A stretch of DNA of 64,000 nucleotides from an uncultured Chloroflexia bacterium (GCA_963707215.1 CAVPPB010000004.1:1-64000); one strand, 5' to 3'. Positions 36,945-51,898 are shown, counted from the stretch's first letter. The notes: generated by a model not told the origin, from the letters alone. Numbers and translations: made by a program.

Positions 36945-38088
36945 TCAGCCGGGCTGCTCTGCCGGCTGCGGGAGCGGTTTGCGGAGGCCCTCGCCACGGC
37001 GCAGCGGGGAGACCGCGTAGGCGATGGAGCCGAAGACGACGATCGAGAGGACGCTGATCGCCCGGTCGACGAGGGCGATCGTCGTTGCCTCCTGGAGTGG
37101 GATCCCGTAGGCGGCGACGAGGACGCCGACGACGCCCAGCTCGACGATACCGAGCCCGGCGGGGCTCAGGGGCACTGCCGTCAGGAGGGATCCGATCAGG
37201 GCGACGAACGTGGCCCCCGAGAGGCCCAGGCTGACATCGGGGTAGCCGAGCGCCTCGACGACGAACCACAATCGCAGCGCCTCGGTCATCCAGATCGCCA
37301 CCGTCGTGATGCCGAGGAGCGGGATGTAGCGCCGCTCGACGGCATTGAAGACCCCCTCCTCGAACCGGTCGTAGAAGTCGAGGAACCGCTCCGGGATCGG
37401 CAGCCGGGAGAGGATCCGGCGCCCGAAGTTGCGCAGCGTGAAGAGGCCGATGGCGAGGACGACGACGACGACGACCGCCAGGACGACGACGACCTGGATC
37501 GCCGGCGGGAGCCCCAGCCGGAACGACCAGAACCCGGCCGCCAGCCCCAGGATCGCGATAGCGAAGAGGTCGAGGATCCGCTCGATGAAGACGGTCCCGA
37601 AGGTCCGGCTCAGCGACACGGGGCTGTTGAGCTTGAGCAGGTAGGCCCGGTAGACGTCGCCGAGCTTGGCGGGTACGAGGCAGTTGACGAGCCAGGACAG
37701 GAAGATGATCTCGGTCGAGTCGCGGACCGAGAGCCGGAAGCCGGTCCCGCGGAGGAGCAGGACCCAGCGGAACCCGCGGAGCGGGAAGCCCAGGTAGTAG
37801 ACGAGGAAGGCAGCCAGGAGGAGCAGCGGGTCCGCCGACAGGATCGAACTCGACGAGCTCGCCGAAGTCGATCTGGGCAACCAAGCGGACGAACAGGACG
37901 ATGAGGACCAGGGGCAGGACGATCGAGACGATCGTGCGAGGCTCCCGGAGCCGCTTCGTCAGCGCGACGGGGGTGCCGGAGGGCTCGGTCCCGTGCGGTG
38001 GATCGGCGCTGGTCGGCGCGGCGGACCCCTGGGCGCCCCCGGTACCGTCCGTCGTCCGAGGTTCGCCCTCGCGCCCGGGGCCGCTCAC
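36945..38088 (-). CDS. Lysylphosphatidylglycerol-synthase TM / UPF0104 flippase-like membrane protein, one frameshift
   Basis: LRGFRW, NCLVPAKLGDVYRAY, ERILDL, PLSPAGLGIVE, LVDRAIS; break near 37850. Confidence 0.82.
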
Positions 38089-38819
38089 CCGTCGGCTTCC
38101 TGCCCGCTGCCGGCGGGCCTGACCCGGCCGTTGCCCCGCATCCTCTGGACCAGCTTGGCGGCCGGCGTCACCAGGCGGACCAGGTACGACGCCCGGGAGG
38201 TGACGACCCGGGCACCCTCCAGGGCGGCCTTCAGACCGGCCGGGGTGGACGGGTCACCCTCGAGGATCGTGTAGCTGACCGCGACCTCCATGATCGTGTG
38301 GGCGTCGGAGACCGCCACCCCGGGGAGACCGTGGGCACCGGCGAACTCGGCGGCCCGCTCGTTGCCCTTGCCGACGATCCGACTGTTGTGGATCTCGACC
38401 CAGTCGACCAGCGCCGCGAGGCCGTCGAGCTCCTGGGTGCGGGCCAGGCTGTTGCGGAAGCGATCGAACGGATGCGGGATACCGACCATGCCGCCCTGCT
38501 CCCGGACGGCTGCGATCGCCTCGGTCGGCGAGAGGCCAGGCGGGATAGCCCGCTCCAGGAACACGCCGATGAGATCGCCAGCGGACGTCTTGATCTCCTC
38601 GCCGACGATGATCGTCAGGCCGGCGGGCGCATGGTCGCGAGCCTCGAACGCGCCGTCGAGGCGGTCGTGGTCGGTGATGGCCAGGTGGGTGATGCCTCGC
38701 TCGGCCGCGGCCCTGGCCACGTCACGGGGCCGACTGAGCGAGTCGAAGCTGGCGTTCGTGTGGCAGTGCAGGTCGACGAAGGCGCGCGTGGAGGTCGGCT
38801 CGGACGACGAGCCGGCCAT
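38085..38819 (-). CDS. PHP-domain metal-dependent phosphoesterase
   Basis: VDLHCHT...DS, AITDHD, GEEI, IPHPF, EIHNSR, SDAH. Confidence 0.88.
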   Translation of the reverse strand: MAGSSSEPTSTRAFVDLHCHTNASFDSLSRPRDVARAAAERGITHLAITDHDRLDGAFEARDHAPAGLTIIVGEEIKTSAGDLIGVFLERAIPPGLSPTEAIAAVREQGGMVGIPHPFDRFRNSLARTQELDGLAALVDWVEIHNSRIVGKGNERAAEFAGAHGLPGVAVSDAHTIMEVAVSYTILEGDPSTPAGLKAALEGARVVTSRASYLVRLVTPAAKLVQRMRGNGRVRPAGSGQEADG

Positions 38820-38822
38820 GCC

Positions 38823-39821
38823 TCAGACCGCCTGGACGAGCGACTTCCGGAAGAAGTCGAAGTGCTCGAGGGCGAGCCCGGTCCCGATCGCCACGCAGTG
38901 GAGCGGGTTCTCGGCCACGTGGCAGGGCACGCCGGTCACCTGGGTCAGGAGCCGGTCGATGTTGCGCAGCTGGGCGCCGCCGCCGGACATGACCATGCCC
39001 TTGTCGATGATGTCCGAGGAGAGCTCGGGGGGTGTCTGCTCGAGGACCAAGCGGACGGCCGCGACCAGCTGCTGGAGCGGCGTCTCGATCGCCTCCATGA
39101 CCTCCGAGCTGGTGACCGGGATCGTCCGCGGCAGCCCGGCGATGAGGTCGCGCCCGCGGACCTCCATCTGGAGCTCCCGCTCCAGCGGCAGGGCGGTCCC
39201 GATCTGGATCTTGACGTCCTCGGCGGTCCGGTCGCCGACCTGGAGGTTGTACTTCTTCTTGATGTAGCTGGCGATCGATTCGTCGAAGCGGTTGCCGCCG
39301 ACCCGCAGGCTGTGCGAGACGACGATCCCGCCGAGCGAGATCACGGCGATCTCGCTCGTCCCCCCGCCGATATCGATGATGAGGTTGCCCGACGGCCCGC
39401 TGATCGGGACGTTGGCGCCGATGGCCGCGGCCAGGGGCTCCTCGATGAGGAAGGCTTCCTTGGCTCCGGCCTTGAGGGCGGCGTCGCGCACGGCCCGCTT
39501 CTCGACGCTGGTGACGCCGGCAGGCACGCTGATCATCACCTCGGGTCGCGAGAAGCCGATCCGGCCCTTCGTCGCCTTGGAGATGAAGAAGCGGAGCATT
39601 GCCTCCGTGATGACGTAGTCGGCGATGACGCCGTCCTTCATCGGGCGGATGGCCTGGATGTTGCCGGGAGTCCGCCCGATCATCTCGCGGGCCTCCTCGC
39701 CCACGGCCACGATGCGGTTGTCGTCGCTGATGGCGACCACGGACGGCTCGGAGATGACGATCCCCTTGCCCTTGACGTAGACGAGCACGTTGGCCGTGCC
39801 GAGGTCGATGCCGATCTTCAT
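38823..39821 (-). CDS. mreB: Rod shape-determining actin homologue MreB/Mbl
   Basis: [58 protein letters not shown]. Confidence 0.95.
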   Translation of the reverse strand: MKIGIDLGTANVLVYVKGKGIVISEPSVVAISDDNRIVAVGEEAREMIGRTPGNIQAIRPMKDGVIADYVITEAMLRFFISKATKGRIGFSRPEVMISVPAGVTSVEKRAVRDAALKAGAKEAFLIEEPLAAAIGANVPISGPSGNLIIDIGGGTSEIAVISLGGIVVSHSLRVGGNRFDESIASYIKKKYNLQVGDRTAEDVKIQIGTALPLERELQMEVRGRDLIAGLPRTIPVTSSEVMEAIETPLQQLVAAVRLVLEQTPPELSSDIIDKGMVMSGGGAQLRNIDRLLTQVTGVPCHVAENPLHCVAIGTGLALEHFDFFRKSLVQAV

Positions 39822-41158
39822 GGGGTGGGTACGGTCGTTCCTTCCGGGAGGCGCTCGATCCTGGCACCAAGATCCAGGAACTTGCGCTCGATGTTCTCAT
39901 AGCCCCGCCGAACGTGGTGGGCGCCGTGGATGGTGGACACGCCATCGGCCGCCAAGGCGGCCAGGATGAGCGACGCCCCGGCCCGAAGGTCGCTGATGTC
40001 GACGGCGGCGGGCCGGAGGGCGGCCGGTCCGCGGATGACGGCGTGCTGGGCATCCTGGATCTCCACGTCGACGCCCATCCGGCGGAGCTCCTGGAGCCAC
40101 TCGAGGCGGTCCTCGAAGACGGCCTCGTGGACCCGGGACTCGCCATGAGCCGTCGCCAGGAGGACGCAGGTCGGCGGCTGGAGGTCGGTCGCCAGGCCTG
40201 GGTACGGCGCCGTCTGGATGTCCACCGCGCGGTAGTCGGAGCGGCCGCTGCCGTCGACGTCGATCCAGTCGGGCCCGCAGGCGATCGACACGCCCACCTG
40301 ACCGGCGACGCTGAGGAGCGCCCCCAGGTCGTCGCAGGGCGCACCCTCCAGGCGGACCCGTCCGCCGGTCACCGCCGCGGCGATGACGAAGGTTCCGGCC
40401 TCGATGCGGTCGGCCGTGACGGCGTGCTCGGCTCCACGGAGCCGCTTGCGGCCCTCCACCTCGATCGTGTCCGGTGCGGTCCGCGCGACCTCGGCACCCA
40501 TCGTCCGGAGGAAGGCGATGAGGTCGTCGACCTCGGGCTCCTGGGCCGCCGGGCGGATGACCGTGTGGCCGTCGGCCAGGGTGGCCGCCAGCATGGCGTT
40601 CTCGGTGCCCATGACCGAGACGAACGGGAAGGTGACCTCGGCGCCGCGCAATCGTCCAGGCGCGAGGGCGAAGTAGTAGCCGTTGCGATAGGCGATGTCT
40701 GCCCCGAGGGCGCGCATCGCGTCGACGTGGAGGTTCACCGGCCGCCGACCGATCCGGTCGCCGCCGGGGTTGCTGATGATGACCCGCCCGAAGCGGGCCA
40801 GGAGCGGTCCCAGGAGCATGAAGCTGGCCCGCATCTTGGCGGCCGCCTCGAGGGGCACGAAGAGCCAGTCGACGTCGCCGGCGGCGACCTCGTAGACGTT
40901 CGGCCCGGGGTGGTCGACGACGACGCCGAGGTCCCGCAGGGTCTCGGCCATGACCCGCACGTCCTCGATCTCGGGGACGTTGGTCAGGCGACAGCGCTCA
41001 CCGGTCAGGCAGGCCGCCGCGAACAACTTGAGCGCCGCGTTCTTGGCGCCGCTGACCCGGACCGTGCCGCGGAGCGGTCGACCGCCTTCGATTCGGTAGA
41101 GCTCGTGGGGGACCGGCTCCGGCTGGAACTCCCAGTGGAACGGGCGGGCGTCGGCCAC
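39818..41158 (-). CDS. murA: UDP-N-acetylglucosamine 1-carboxyvinyltransferase
   Basis: [51 protein letters not shown]. Confidence 0.95.
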   Translation of the reverse strand: MADARPFHWEFQPEPVPHELYRIEGGRPLRGTVRVSGAKNAALKLFAAACLTGERCRLTNVPEIEDVRVMAETLRDLGVVVDHPGPNVYEVAAGDVDWLFVPLEAAAKMRASFMLLGPLLARFGRVIISNPGGDRIGRRPVNLHVDAMRALGADIAYRNGYYFALAPGRLRGAEVTFPFVSVMGTENAMLAATLADGHTVIRPAAQEPEVDDLIAFLRTMGAEVARTAPDTIEVEGRKRLRGAEHAVTADRIEAGTFVIAAAVTGGRVRLEGAPCDDLGALLSVAGQVGVSIACGPDWIDVDGSGRSDYRAVDIQTAPYPGLATDLQPPTCVLLATAHGESRVHEAVFEDRLEWLQELRRMGVDVEIQDAQHAVIRGPAALRPAAVDISDLRAGASLILAALAADGVSTIHGAHHVRRGYENIERKFLDLGARIERLPEGTTVPTP

Positions 41159-41160
41159 GC

Positions 41161-41589
41161 TCAGCCGATCCGGCGCGACCCCTCGCGCCGACGACGCTCC
41201 GCCACCCGGATGCGGAGGAGCGCCTGCTGCAGGGCGGCCCGGGCAGCGGCCAGGTCGGCACCTTCGTGGTAGCCGGTCTCGAGAGCCCGCTCGGCCTCAC
41301 GGCGAGCCTCCTGGGCCTTCTCGAGGTCGATCTCGGCCGCCATGTCGGCGGTCTCGGCCATGACGACGACCTTGTCCGGACGGACCTGGACGAAGCCGCC
41401 GACGATGGCGAATGACTCCTCGAGGCCGCCCTTGCGGATCCGCAGCTCCCCCACCCCCAGGGTCGAGACGAGGGGGGCGTGGTGGGGCAGGATGCCGAGC
41501 TCGCCATCGGCGCCCGGCACGACGACCGAGTCGACCTCGTCGCTGTAGGCCAGGCGCTCGGGGGTGACGATCTCGAGCTTGAGGGGCAT
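41161..41589 (-). CDS. atpC: ATP synthase epsilon subunit
   Basis: LEIVTPER, GELGILPHHAP, GGFVQV. Confidence 0.95.
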   Translation of the reverse strand: MPLKLEIVTPERLAYSDEVDSVVVPGADGELGILPHHAPLVSTLGVGELRIRKGGLEESFAIVGGFVQVRPDKVVVMAETADMAAEIDLEKAQEARREAERALETGYHEGADLAAARAALQQALLRIRVAERRRREGSRRIG

Positions 41590-41590
41590 C

Positions 41591-43880
<2,290 letters not shown>

Positions 43881-43912
43881 GTCGTGTCCGCTCGCTCACC
43901 GGTCCGGGCTCC

Positions 43913-45448
<1,536 letters not shown>

Positions 45449-45489
45449 GCGATTCTCCGTTCGGGTCGTGGGCTCGGCGCCTGGCGCGC

Positions 45490-46137
45490 CTAGCCGTGGG
45501 CCGGCCGACTGCCGGCGAGGAGCTGGGATCGGAGCCGCTCGAGGCGGCCCCGCACGGATGCGTCGAGTAGACGATCGCCGAGGCGGACGGTGATGCCGCC
45601 AAGCAGGTCGGGGTCGACCTCGGCCCGGATGTCGACGGTCGTCCCGGCGAGCTGCTGGATGCGGGTGCGGACGGCCTCCAGCTCGTCGGCGGCGAGCGGC
45701 GTCGGTGTGGTGACGACGGCCTCGGTTAGGCCCCGGCGGCGATCGAGCAATCGCTTGTACTCGCGGGCGATCGCCGGCAGGCGGGAAAGCCGGCGACGCT
45801 CGAGGAGCAGCTCGACGAGGTTCAGGACCTGCCCGCGGACCGGTCCGAGGGCCGCGCCACGGACCACCGCGATGGTGGCCCCGAGCGACCGACGACCCTC
45901 CAGGAGGTCGTCGACCACGCTGCTGATCGACTCGACGCCGAGGGCCGCCCGGACGGCCCGGCGTCGCTGCTCGATGGGGACGGCCGGGTTCTCCACGATC
46001 CGCAGCACCTCTGGCGGCCCGAGCGCGGCGGCGGCCGCTTCGAGAGCGACCGACCAGGCGTCCTCGGTGTCGTCGCGGACGGCGAGCTCAGAGATCGCCT
46101 CGGCGTAGCGGCGCGCGGAAGAGCGGCGGCCGGCCAT
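45490..46137 (-). CDS. atpH: ATP synthase delta subunit (elongated)
   Basis: [18 protein letters not shown]...DASVRGRL; operon position. Confidence 0.9.
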   Translation of the reverse strand: MAGRRSSARRYAEAISELAVRDDTEDAWSVALEAAAAALGPPEVLRIVENPAVPIEQRRRAVRAALGVESISSVVDDLLEGRRSLGATIAVVRGAALGPVRGQVLNLVELLLERRRLSRLPAIAREYKRLLDRRRGLTEAVVTTPTPLAADELEAVRTRIQQLAGTTVDIRAEVDPDLLGGITVRLGDRLLDASVRGRLERLRSQLLAGSRPAHG

Positions 46138-46715
46138 CAGCCCCTGGGACTCCCGCCGGAACCGGTCTCGGCCAGGAATTCCTGGACCAGGCGGCGCTGG
46201 CGCTCGTCGTCCATCGATTCGCCGACGACCCGGCCGGCCGCGGCCAGGGCGAGGTCGGCGACCTCGGCCCGCAGATCGGCGATGGCCCGGTGCTTCTCGG
46301 CTTCGATGTCGGCGGAGGCCCGCGTCCGGAGCGCCTCGAGCTCCTTGCGGGTCGCGGCGATGTCGGCCTCGCGGCTCTCCTGTGACACCTTCTGGGCGCG
46401 GGCGATGATCTCGCTCGCCTCCCGTCGAGCCTCGGCGAGGGCGGCCAGGCGCTCCTGCTCCGCGCTCTCGCGATCCCGTCGCGCCTGCTCCGCGTCCTTC
46501 AACCCCTGCTCGATCCGCTCCCGGCGCTCGTTGAGCATCCGGGTGAGCGGACCCCAGGCGAACCAGGTGATGACGAAGAAGAAGAAGAGGAAGTTGAGCG
46601 ACGAGACGATGATCCAGAACAGGTTCAGCTGGAAGCCGCCGCCCTCCCCCTCGGCCTCGGCGGCCAGGGCGATGACGTCGGCGGCAACGCCGCCTGCGAC
46701 GGCGAGCAGGTCCAC
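46137..46715 (-). CDS. atpF: ATP synthase subunit b
   Basis: LNFL...WGPLTRMLNERRERIEQGL, followed by a coiled coil. Confidence 0.92.
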   Translation of the reverse strand: MDLLAVAGGVAADVIALAAEAEGEGGGFQLNLFWIIVSSLNFLFFFFVITWFAWGPLTRMLNERRERIEQGLKDAEQARRDRESAEQERLAALAEARREASEIIARAQKVSQESREADIAATRKELEALRTRASADIEAEKHRAIADLRAEVADLALAAAGRVVGESMDDERQRRLVQEFLAETGSGGSPRG

Positions 46716-46737
46716 GATCGTCTCCGAGGGTCGGTGA

Positions 46738-46962
46738 TCAGGCGGCGGCCGGGCTCAGGAAGATCGCCAGCAGGCCGACGACGACCGCGAGCACCCCGAG
46801 GCCTTCGGCGAACGCCGCGCCGAGGATGAACTGGAGGCGCATCGCCGGGGCAGCATCGGGGTTGCGGCCGATGGCGGCGTTGGTCATGCCGCCGAGGATG
46901 CCGATGCCGATGCCGGGGCCGATGACGCCGAGCGCCGCGAGGCCAGCTCCGAGCAGTTCCAT
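46738..46962 (-). CDS. atpE: ATP synthase subunit c
   Basis: GxGxGxG, RNPDA loop, FAEGL carboxylate. Confidence 0.95.
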   Translation of the reverse strand: MELLGAGLAALGVIGPGIGIGILGGMTNAAIGRNPDAAPAMRLQFILGAAFAEGLGVLAVVVGLLAIFLSPAAA

Positions 46963-47013
46963 GGTCTGTCCGTTCCTCCTGGTTCGCTCCGGACCGCGCC
47001 GGAGCCACTGGGC

Positions 47014-48051
47014 CTAGGTGGTGGGGATCGCCTGCGCCGCATCGTATGCCGGATCCGAGAGCTCTCGAGCGGCATGTTCCTGCGCCGAGGCGTGCTCCTC
47101 CTCGTGGTGCGGCCCCTCGATGGCGAGGAGCGTGAACATGAGGGTGAGGAGGCTGAAGATGAGGGCCTGGACCACGTTGAGGATCAGTTCCAGGCCGTAG
47201 ATGGCGATCGGGACGATCGCGATGAGCAGTCCGGTGACGACCCCGAGGGCGACCTCGCCGCCGTAGATGTTGCCGAAGAGTCGCATGGCCAGGGTGAGCG
47301 GCTTGATGAACTCGAGCAGGAACTCGATCACCCCGACGAACAGGCCGATGAGGCCGGCCCCGATCCCGCGCCGGAACTCCCCGAGCGGGAAGAACTTGCC
47401 GAGGTAGCCAAGCACCCCGAGCGAACGGACGCCCTCGACATGGAAGATCACGAAGCTCACGAGAGCGAGGCCGACGGTGATGTTGACGTCGCTCGTGGGC
47501 GCCCGCAGGAACTCGACCTTGCCGATGACCGGCATCAGGCCGCTCCAGTTCGAGAACAGGATGTAGACGAAGAGCGAGGCGAAGAGCGGCACGTAACGGA
47601 TGGCCGCCGGGCCGCCGATGCCCTCAGCGAACGAGTACAGGCCGCCGTAGAGCCACTCGATCGCGTTCTGCTTCTTGCTGGGCATGAGCGTCAGGCCGCG
47701 GGTCAGCACGAACGCCACGACCAGCAGGACGGCGATGATCAGCCAGCTGGTGAAGATCGTCGACGAGATCGTGAAGTCGACGACGACGAGGCCATCCGGC
47801 GCGTGGGCACCGGGCGGGAAGATCACGTGCGGGGCCACCGGCTCGAGGTTCTTCTTGATGGCGTCGGCCGGGTAGGTCGCGTCGGCTCCCGGCTCCGCCG
47901 CGGGCATACCGATGAACAGGAAGGCCAGGACGTCGAGGACGATGACGACGACCGCCAGGATGGCGATCGGCCGGAAGGACGGCCGACGGGTCGTCGCCTC
48001 GAGCTCCGTCTCGATCGGGTCGCTGGTCGCGGTGGTCGGCTCGGTCGCCAA
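47014..48051 (-). CDS. atpB: ATP synthase subunit a
   Basis: NWSGLMP, APTSDVN, LAMRLFGNIYGGE, VQALIF; TTG start. Confidence 0.93.
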   Translation of the reverse strand: MATEPTTATSDPIETELEATTRRPSFRPIAILAVVVIVLDVLAFLFIGMPAAEPGADATYPADAIKKNLEPVAPHVIFPPGAHAPDGLVVVDFTISSTIFTSWLIIAVLLVVAFVLTRGLTLMPSKKQNAIEWLYGGLYSFAEGIGGPAAIRYVPLFASLFVYILFSNWSGLMPVIGKVEFLRAPTSDVNITVGLALVSFVIFHVEGVRSLGVLGYLGKFFPLGEFRRGIGAGLIGLFVGVIEFLLEFIKPLTLAMRLFGNIYGGEVALGVVTGLLIAIVPIAIYGLELILNVVQALIFSLLTLMFTLLAIEGPHHEEEHASAQEHAARELSDPAYDAAQAIPTT

Positions 48052-48094
48052 GCGGGGGTCTCTCCACGCGCAGAACGCGGCGTGTCCGCCGCGC

Positions 48095-48317
48095 TCAGTC
48101 GAAATCTTGCCATGAACCTGGCGATGAGTCGGTACACGGCCAGGCCGCCGATGGTCAGCCCGACCAGGAAGCCGACGAGGACGAAGACCGGGAGCGTTCC
48201 GAGGGTCCCGTCCAGCCAGTATCCGGCGAGCACACCCGCCAGGACGACGACGAGGAACACGAACCCGATCTGGCTGAAGAGGACGACGTAAGCCGCGACC
48301 GATCCGAGCCCGCTCAT
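48095..48317 (-). CDS. atpI: AtpZ/AtpI family protein (probable 1-bp error before the stop)
   Basis: GYWLDGTLGTLPVFVLVGFLVG motif; removing one T of AGATTTCGAC gives ...RFD* at 48095; -10 TATACT upstream. Confidence 0.75.
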
Positions 48318-48419
48318 CCGGTCCCTAACGAGCGCGCCGGGAGTATAGCAGGCGGGCCGCGCGAGCCGCAGGCGGGCATCCGCGGCCGGGTCGGCGACCC
48401 GGGAAGCCCATGCCACCGT

Positions 48420-49220
48420 TCACGGCGTCGGCGTCGGCGTCGGGTCCGGCGACGGCTCGACGCTCGGCTCCGGGCTCGGGTCCTGGCTCGGCGCGGGACT
48501 AGGCTCCGACGTCGGCTCCACGGTCGGCTCCACCGAGGCGGACGGGCTTGGCTCGACCGACGGAGCGGCGGTCGGGGTGGAGGTCGGGCGCGGCGTCGGA
48601 CGTGGTGTCGGGCGCGGGGTGGGACGTGGCGTGGCCGTGGGCCCGTTCGCAGGTGGCGCGGAGGCCGTCGATGACGGAGACGGGATCGCGCTCCCGAGCG
48701 GCGACGAGCTGACATCCGGACTCGGCTCGCTGGTGGGCTCCGCGGTCGCCTCGGACGAAGCCGAGCCGGCCGGGGCCACGGTCGCGGCCGGGCTCCCCCC
48801 GGCATCCTCGGGGGCCGAGGTCGCGCCCAGGACACCCTCCCCGGGAACCGGTCCGCCGGGCAGGGCGATGATGGCCAGGGCGAGTGCCGATCCGAGCATC
48901 ATCACGACGGCGGTGTCGCGCCGCAGGCGAGCCCGCGGGTCGGGTGGAGGCTCCGCCGGCCGTCGCGCGAGGGCGGTCATGGCGGCACCCGAGACGACCA
49001 GCCGGCGAGGCTGGACGATCCGCGGCCCATCATCCGGCTCCGCGACTGCGGAGGCCGCGGCCGGTCGCCGCAACCGCGCCGAGATAGCGGCGGCGATGCC
49101 CGTGCCCGGCAATGGCGGCCGAGCCTGCGAGCGACGCCAGAGCCAGTCGTGCCGGAGGACCCAGAGCCCCGCCAGCAGGGCCGCGGCCAGCACCAGGACG
49201 ATGATCAGCTCAAGCGACAC
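48420..49220 (-). CDS. Two-TM membrane protein with Pro/Thr/Ser-rich C-terminal tail
   Basis: N-terminal TM, second TM (AVVMMLGSALALAIIAL), then about 130 aa of low complexity with PTPR x4 and SVEP/EPS repeats. Confidence 0.6.
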   Translation of the reverse strand: MSLELIIVLVLAAALLAGLWVLRHDWLWRRSQARPPLPGTGIAAAISARLRRPAAASAVAEPDDGPRIVQPRRLVVSGAAMTALARRPAEPPPDPRARLRRDTAVVMMLGSALALAIIALPGGPVPGEGVLGATSAPEDAGGSPAATVAPAGSASSEATAEPTSEPSPDVSSSPLGSAIPSPSSTASAPPANGPTATPRPTPRPTPRPTPRPTSTPTAAPSVEPSPSASVEPTVEPTSEPSPAPSQDPSPEPSVEPSPDPTPTPTP

Positions 49221-49314
49221 GTTGGCTCCGGAACGGGGGCCGGGCACGGGTGGTCCCGCTTCGAACCGATGCTACCGCACGACCCGCGACCGTCGGGATC
49301 GACGTCGTCGGTCG

Positions 49315-50514
49315 TCAGGATCCCCGGTCGGTCGGGGCCGGGCCGGGTCTTGCGTCTACGCCCGGCGTCCGGTCCTCAGCGGCGTCCCCGTTCGCGCCCG
49401 GCCTCTCATCGGCGCCGACCTCCTCATATGAGGCGGCCCGCAGCTCATCGGCGACGAGCGATCGGCGCGCCAGGAAGAAGAGGCCCAGCCCGAGGATCAC
49501 CAACAGGCCGAGGAACGCATAGATCTGCCCGGTCCCGGAGAGGAGCAGCGACAGCAGGGCCAGGGCGCCGCAGATCGCGTAGATGAGCAGGACGGTCTGG
49601 GTGTGCGAGAGGCCCAGGTCGAGCAGACGGTGGTGGATGTGGCCTCGGTCGGGACTGAAGGGAGCCCGACCACCGGCCAGGCGGCGGACGATGATCCAGA
49701 AGGTGTCGATGATCGGGACGCCCAGAACGAGCAGCGCGACCGCCACCTTGGCCGTCCCGAGGACCGCCAGTACGGCCAGGGTGAAGCCGAGGAACATCGT
49801 CCCGCTCGTGCCGGCGAAGATCGTGGCCGGGTGGAAGTTCCAGCGCAGGAACCCGAGCAGGGCCCCGGCCAGGGCGAAGCAGAGCACGGCGATGAGCGGC
49901 TGGCCGATGGTCGTCGTCAGGCTGATGATCCCCAGCGTCACCGCGGCGATGATGCCGATGCCCGTCGAGAGGCCGTCAAGCCCGTCGATGAAGTTGACGC
50001 TGTTGATCATCCCGACGATCCAGAACACCGTGAAGCCGACCGCCAACCAGCCGTCCAGGACGATGATGCCGCCGAGTGGCGCGTTGATAAAGCCGACCTC
50101 GATACCGAGAGCGACCGCCCAGACGGCCAAGCCGACCTGGCCCAGGAGCTGCCAGCGGGCCCGGAGCTGGAGGTAGTCGTCGATCAGCCCGATGAGGGCC
50201 GCGAGCGCCGCCCCGCCGAGCAGGGCGATGAGCTCGGGAGCGCCGACGAAGGTGGGGACCGGGACCAGCAGCAGCCGGTCGTTGACGACGATCACCCCCA
50301 GGGCGACGAGGATGAACGACGCAGCCGTGGCCAGGCCGCCGGCCCTGGGGACGGGGTCCACGTTGACCCGGCGGGCCTCCGGCTCGTCGACCATCCCGAG
50401 CCGGATGACCGTCCGCCGCACGATCGGCGTCAGGACGAGCGCCAGCAACGCGGCCACGACGAGCGCCCCGACGATCAGCGGCAGACTGTCGCTGGCCGAG
50501 GCGATGAACCTCAC
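49315..50514 (-). CDS. WecA/TagO-type polyprenyl-phosphate GlcNAc-1-P transferase (MraY family)
   Basis: VPRAGG, GLIDD, NSVNFIDGLDGL, NFHPATIFAG, PIIDT, PDRGHIHH. Confidence 0.9.
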   Translation of the reverse strand: MRFIASASDSLPLIVGALVVAALLALVLTPIVRRTVIRLGMVDEPEARRVNVDPVPRAGGLATAASFILVALGVIVVNDRLLLVPVPTFVGAPELIALLGGAALAALIGLIDDYLQLRARWQLLGQVGLAVWAVALGIEVGFINAPLGGIIVLDGWLAVGFTVFWIVGMINSVNFIDGLDGLSTGIGIIAAVTLGIISLTTTIGQPLIAVLCFALAGALLGFLRWNFHPATIFAGTSGTMFLGFTLAVLAVLGTAKVAVALLVLGVPIIDTFWIIVRRLAGGRAPFSPDRGHIHHRLLDLGLSHTQTVLLIYAICGALALLSLLLSGTGQIYAFLGLLVILGLGLFFLARRSLVADELRAASYEEVGADERPGANGDAAEDRTPGVDARPGPAPTDRGS

Positions 50515-50566
50515 CGTTCCCGCTCCCGCGACCCGGTCGGCGTCAGCGACTCGCGGCGGGTCGCGC

Positions 50567-51898
50567 TCACGTCTCCCGGAGGCCAGGGACCGGGAAGCGA
50601 TCGGTGATCGCCCGCGCCTCGGCGGCGAGCCGATCGAGCGCGGCGTCGTCGTCCCGGGAGCGGATGGCCTCGACGATGATCCGGGCTACGTCGCGCATCT
50701 CCTCCAGGCCGAAGCCGCGGGTCGTGGTGGCCGGCGTGCCCAGGCGTATGCCCGACGCGACGTTCGGCGGGTTCTGGTCGAAGGGGATGGCGTTCTTGTT
50801 GACCGAGATCGCGATCCGCTCGTCGAGGAGGCGTTCCGCCTCGACCCCGGTGACCCCGAGCGGCGTCACGTCGACCAGGACCAGGTGGTTATCGGTGCCG
50901 CCCGACACGACCCTGGCCCCGGCCTCCGCGAGCGCTTCGGCCAGGGCGCGGGCGTTCGCCACGACAGCCTGCTGATAGTCACGGAAGGACGGCTCGAGGG
51001 CAAGCTTGAAGCCGACCGCCTTGCCGGCCAGGACGTGCATGAGGGGCCCGCCCTGGGCGCCCGGGAAGACGCTCTTGTCGATCGCGGTCGCCAGCGAGCC
51101 GCGGACCATCGGGTAGTCGGCCGGATCGACGTCGGGCGGCAGGTCGCGTCGGCTGAAGACCAGGCCGCCCCTGGCGCCTCGCAGCGTCTTGTGGGTCGTC
51201 GACGTCACGATGTCGCCGTGGGGGAACGGGCTCGGATGGACCCCGCCGGCGACGAGGCCGGCGATGTGAGCCATGTCCACGAGCAGCAGGGCGCCGACAT
51301 CGTGGGCGATCACGGCGAGCCGCTCGAAGTCCCACGCCCGCGGGTACGCCGAGGCGCCACCGATGATCAGGCGGGGCCGAACAGCGCGAGCCCGCGCCTC
51401 CAGCACGTCGTAGTCGATCCGCTCGGTCTCGCGCTCGACGCCGTAGGCATGGACCTCGTAGAGCCGACCGCTGAAGTTGACCGGCGACCCGTGGGTCAGG
51501 TGTCCACCGTGGGCCAGGTCCATGCCCAGGATCCGGTCGCCGGGCCGAAGGACCGCGAAGTAGGCTGCCATGTTGGCCTGGGCACCGGAGTGGGGCTGGA
51601 CGTTCACGTGCTCCGAGCCGGGGAAGAGGGCGAGGGCGCGCTCCTGGGCGAGCCGCTCGGCGACGTCCACGTACTCGCAGCCGGCGTAGTAGCGACGGCC
51701 GGGCAGACCCTCGGCGTACTTGTTCGTCAACCAGGAACCCTGGGCCTCCATGACGGCCGCCGGGGCGTAGTTCTCCGAGGCGATGAGCTCGATGTTGCGG
51801 TGCTGGCGGCGGCGCTCGGCCACCAGGGCGTCCCAGAGGTCGGGGTCAACGTCGGCCACGCTCGCCCAGGCCGTTCCGGTCGCCGTCGTGGCGGTCAT
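50567..51898 (-). CDS. glyA: Serine hydroxymethyltransferase
   Basis: [43 protein letters not shown]. Confidence 0.97.
   Translation of the reverse strand: MTATTATGTAWASVADVDPDLWDALVAERRRQHRNIELIASENYAPAAVMEAQGSWLTNKYAEGLPGRRYYAGCEYVDVAERLAQERALALFPGSEHVNVQPHSGAQANMAAYFAVLRPGDRILGMDLAHGGHLTHGSPVNFSGRLYEVHAYGVERETERIDYDVLEARARAVRPRLIIGGASAYPRAWDFERLAVIAHDVGALLLVDMAHIAGLVAGGVHPSPFPHGDIVTSTTHKTLRGARGGLVFSRRDLPPDVDPADYPMVRGSLATAIDKSVFPGAQGGPLMHVLAGKAVGFKLALEPSFRDYQQAVVANARALAEALAEAGARVVSGGTDNHLVLVDVTPLGVTGVEAERLLDERIAISVNKNAIPFDQNPPNVASGIRLGTPATTTRGFGLEEMRDVARIIVEAIRSRDDDAALDRLAAEARAITDRFPVPGLRET

Noticed and set aside
47823-48416. 197-aa AtpI overlapping atpB
   Set aside because: One extra T before a natural TGA at 48095 explains the read-through.
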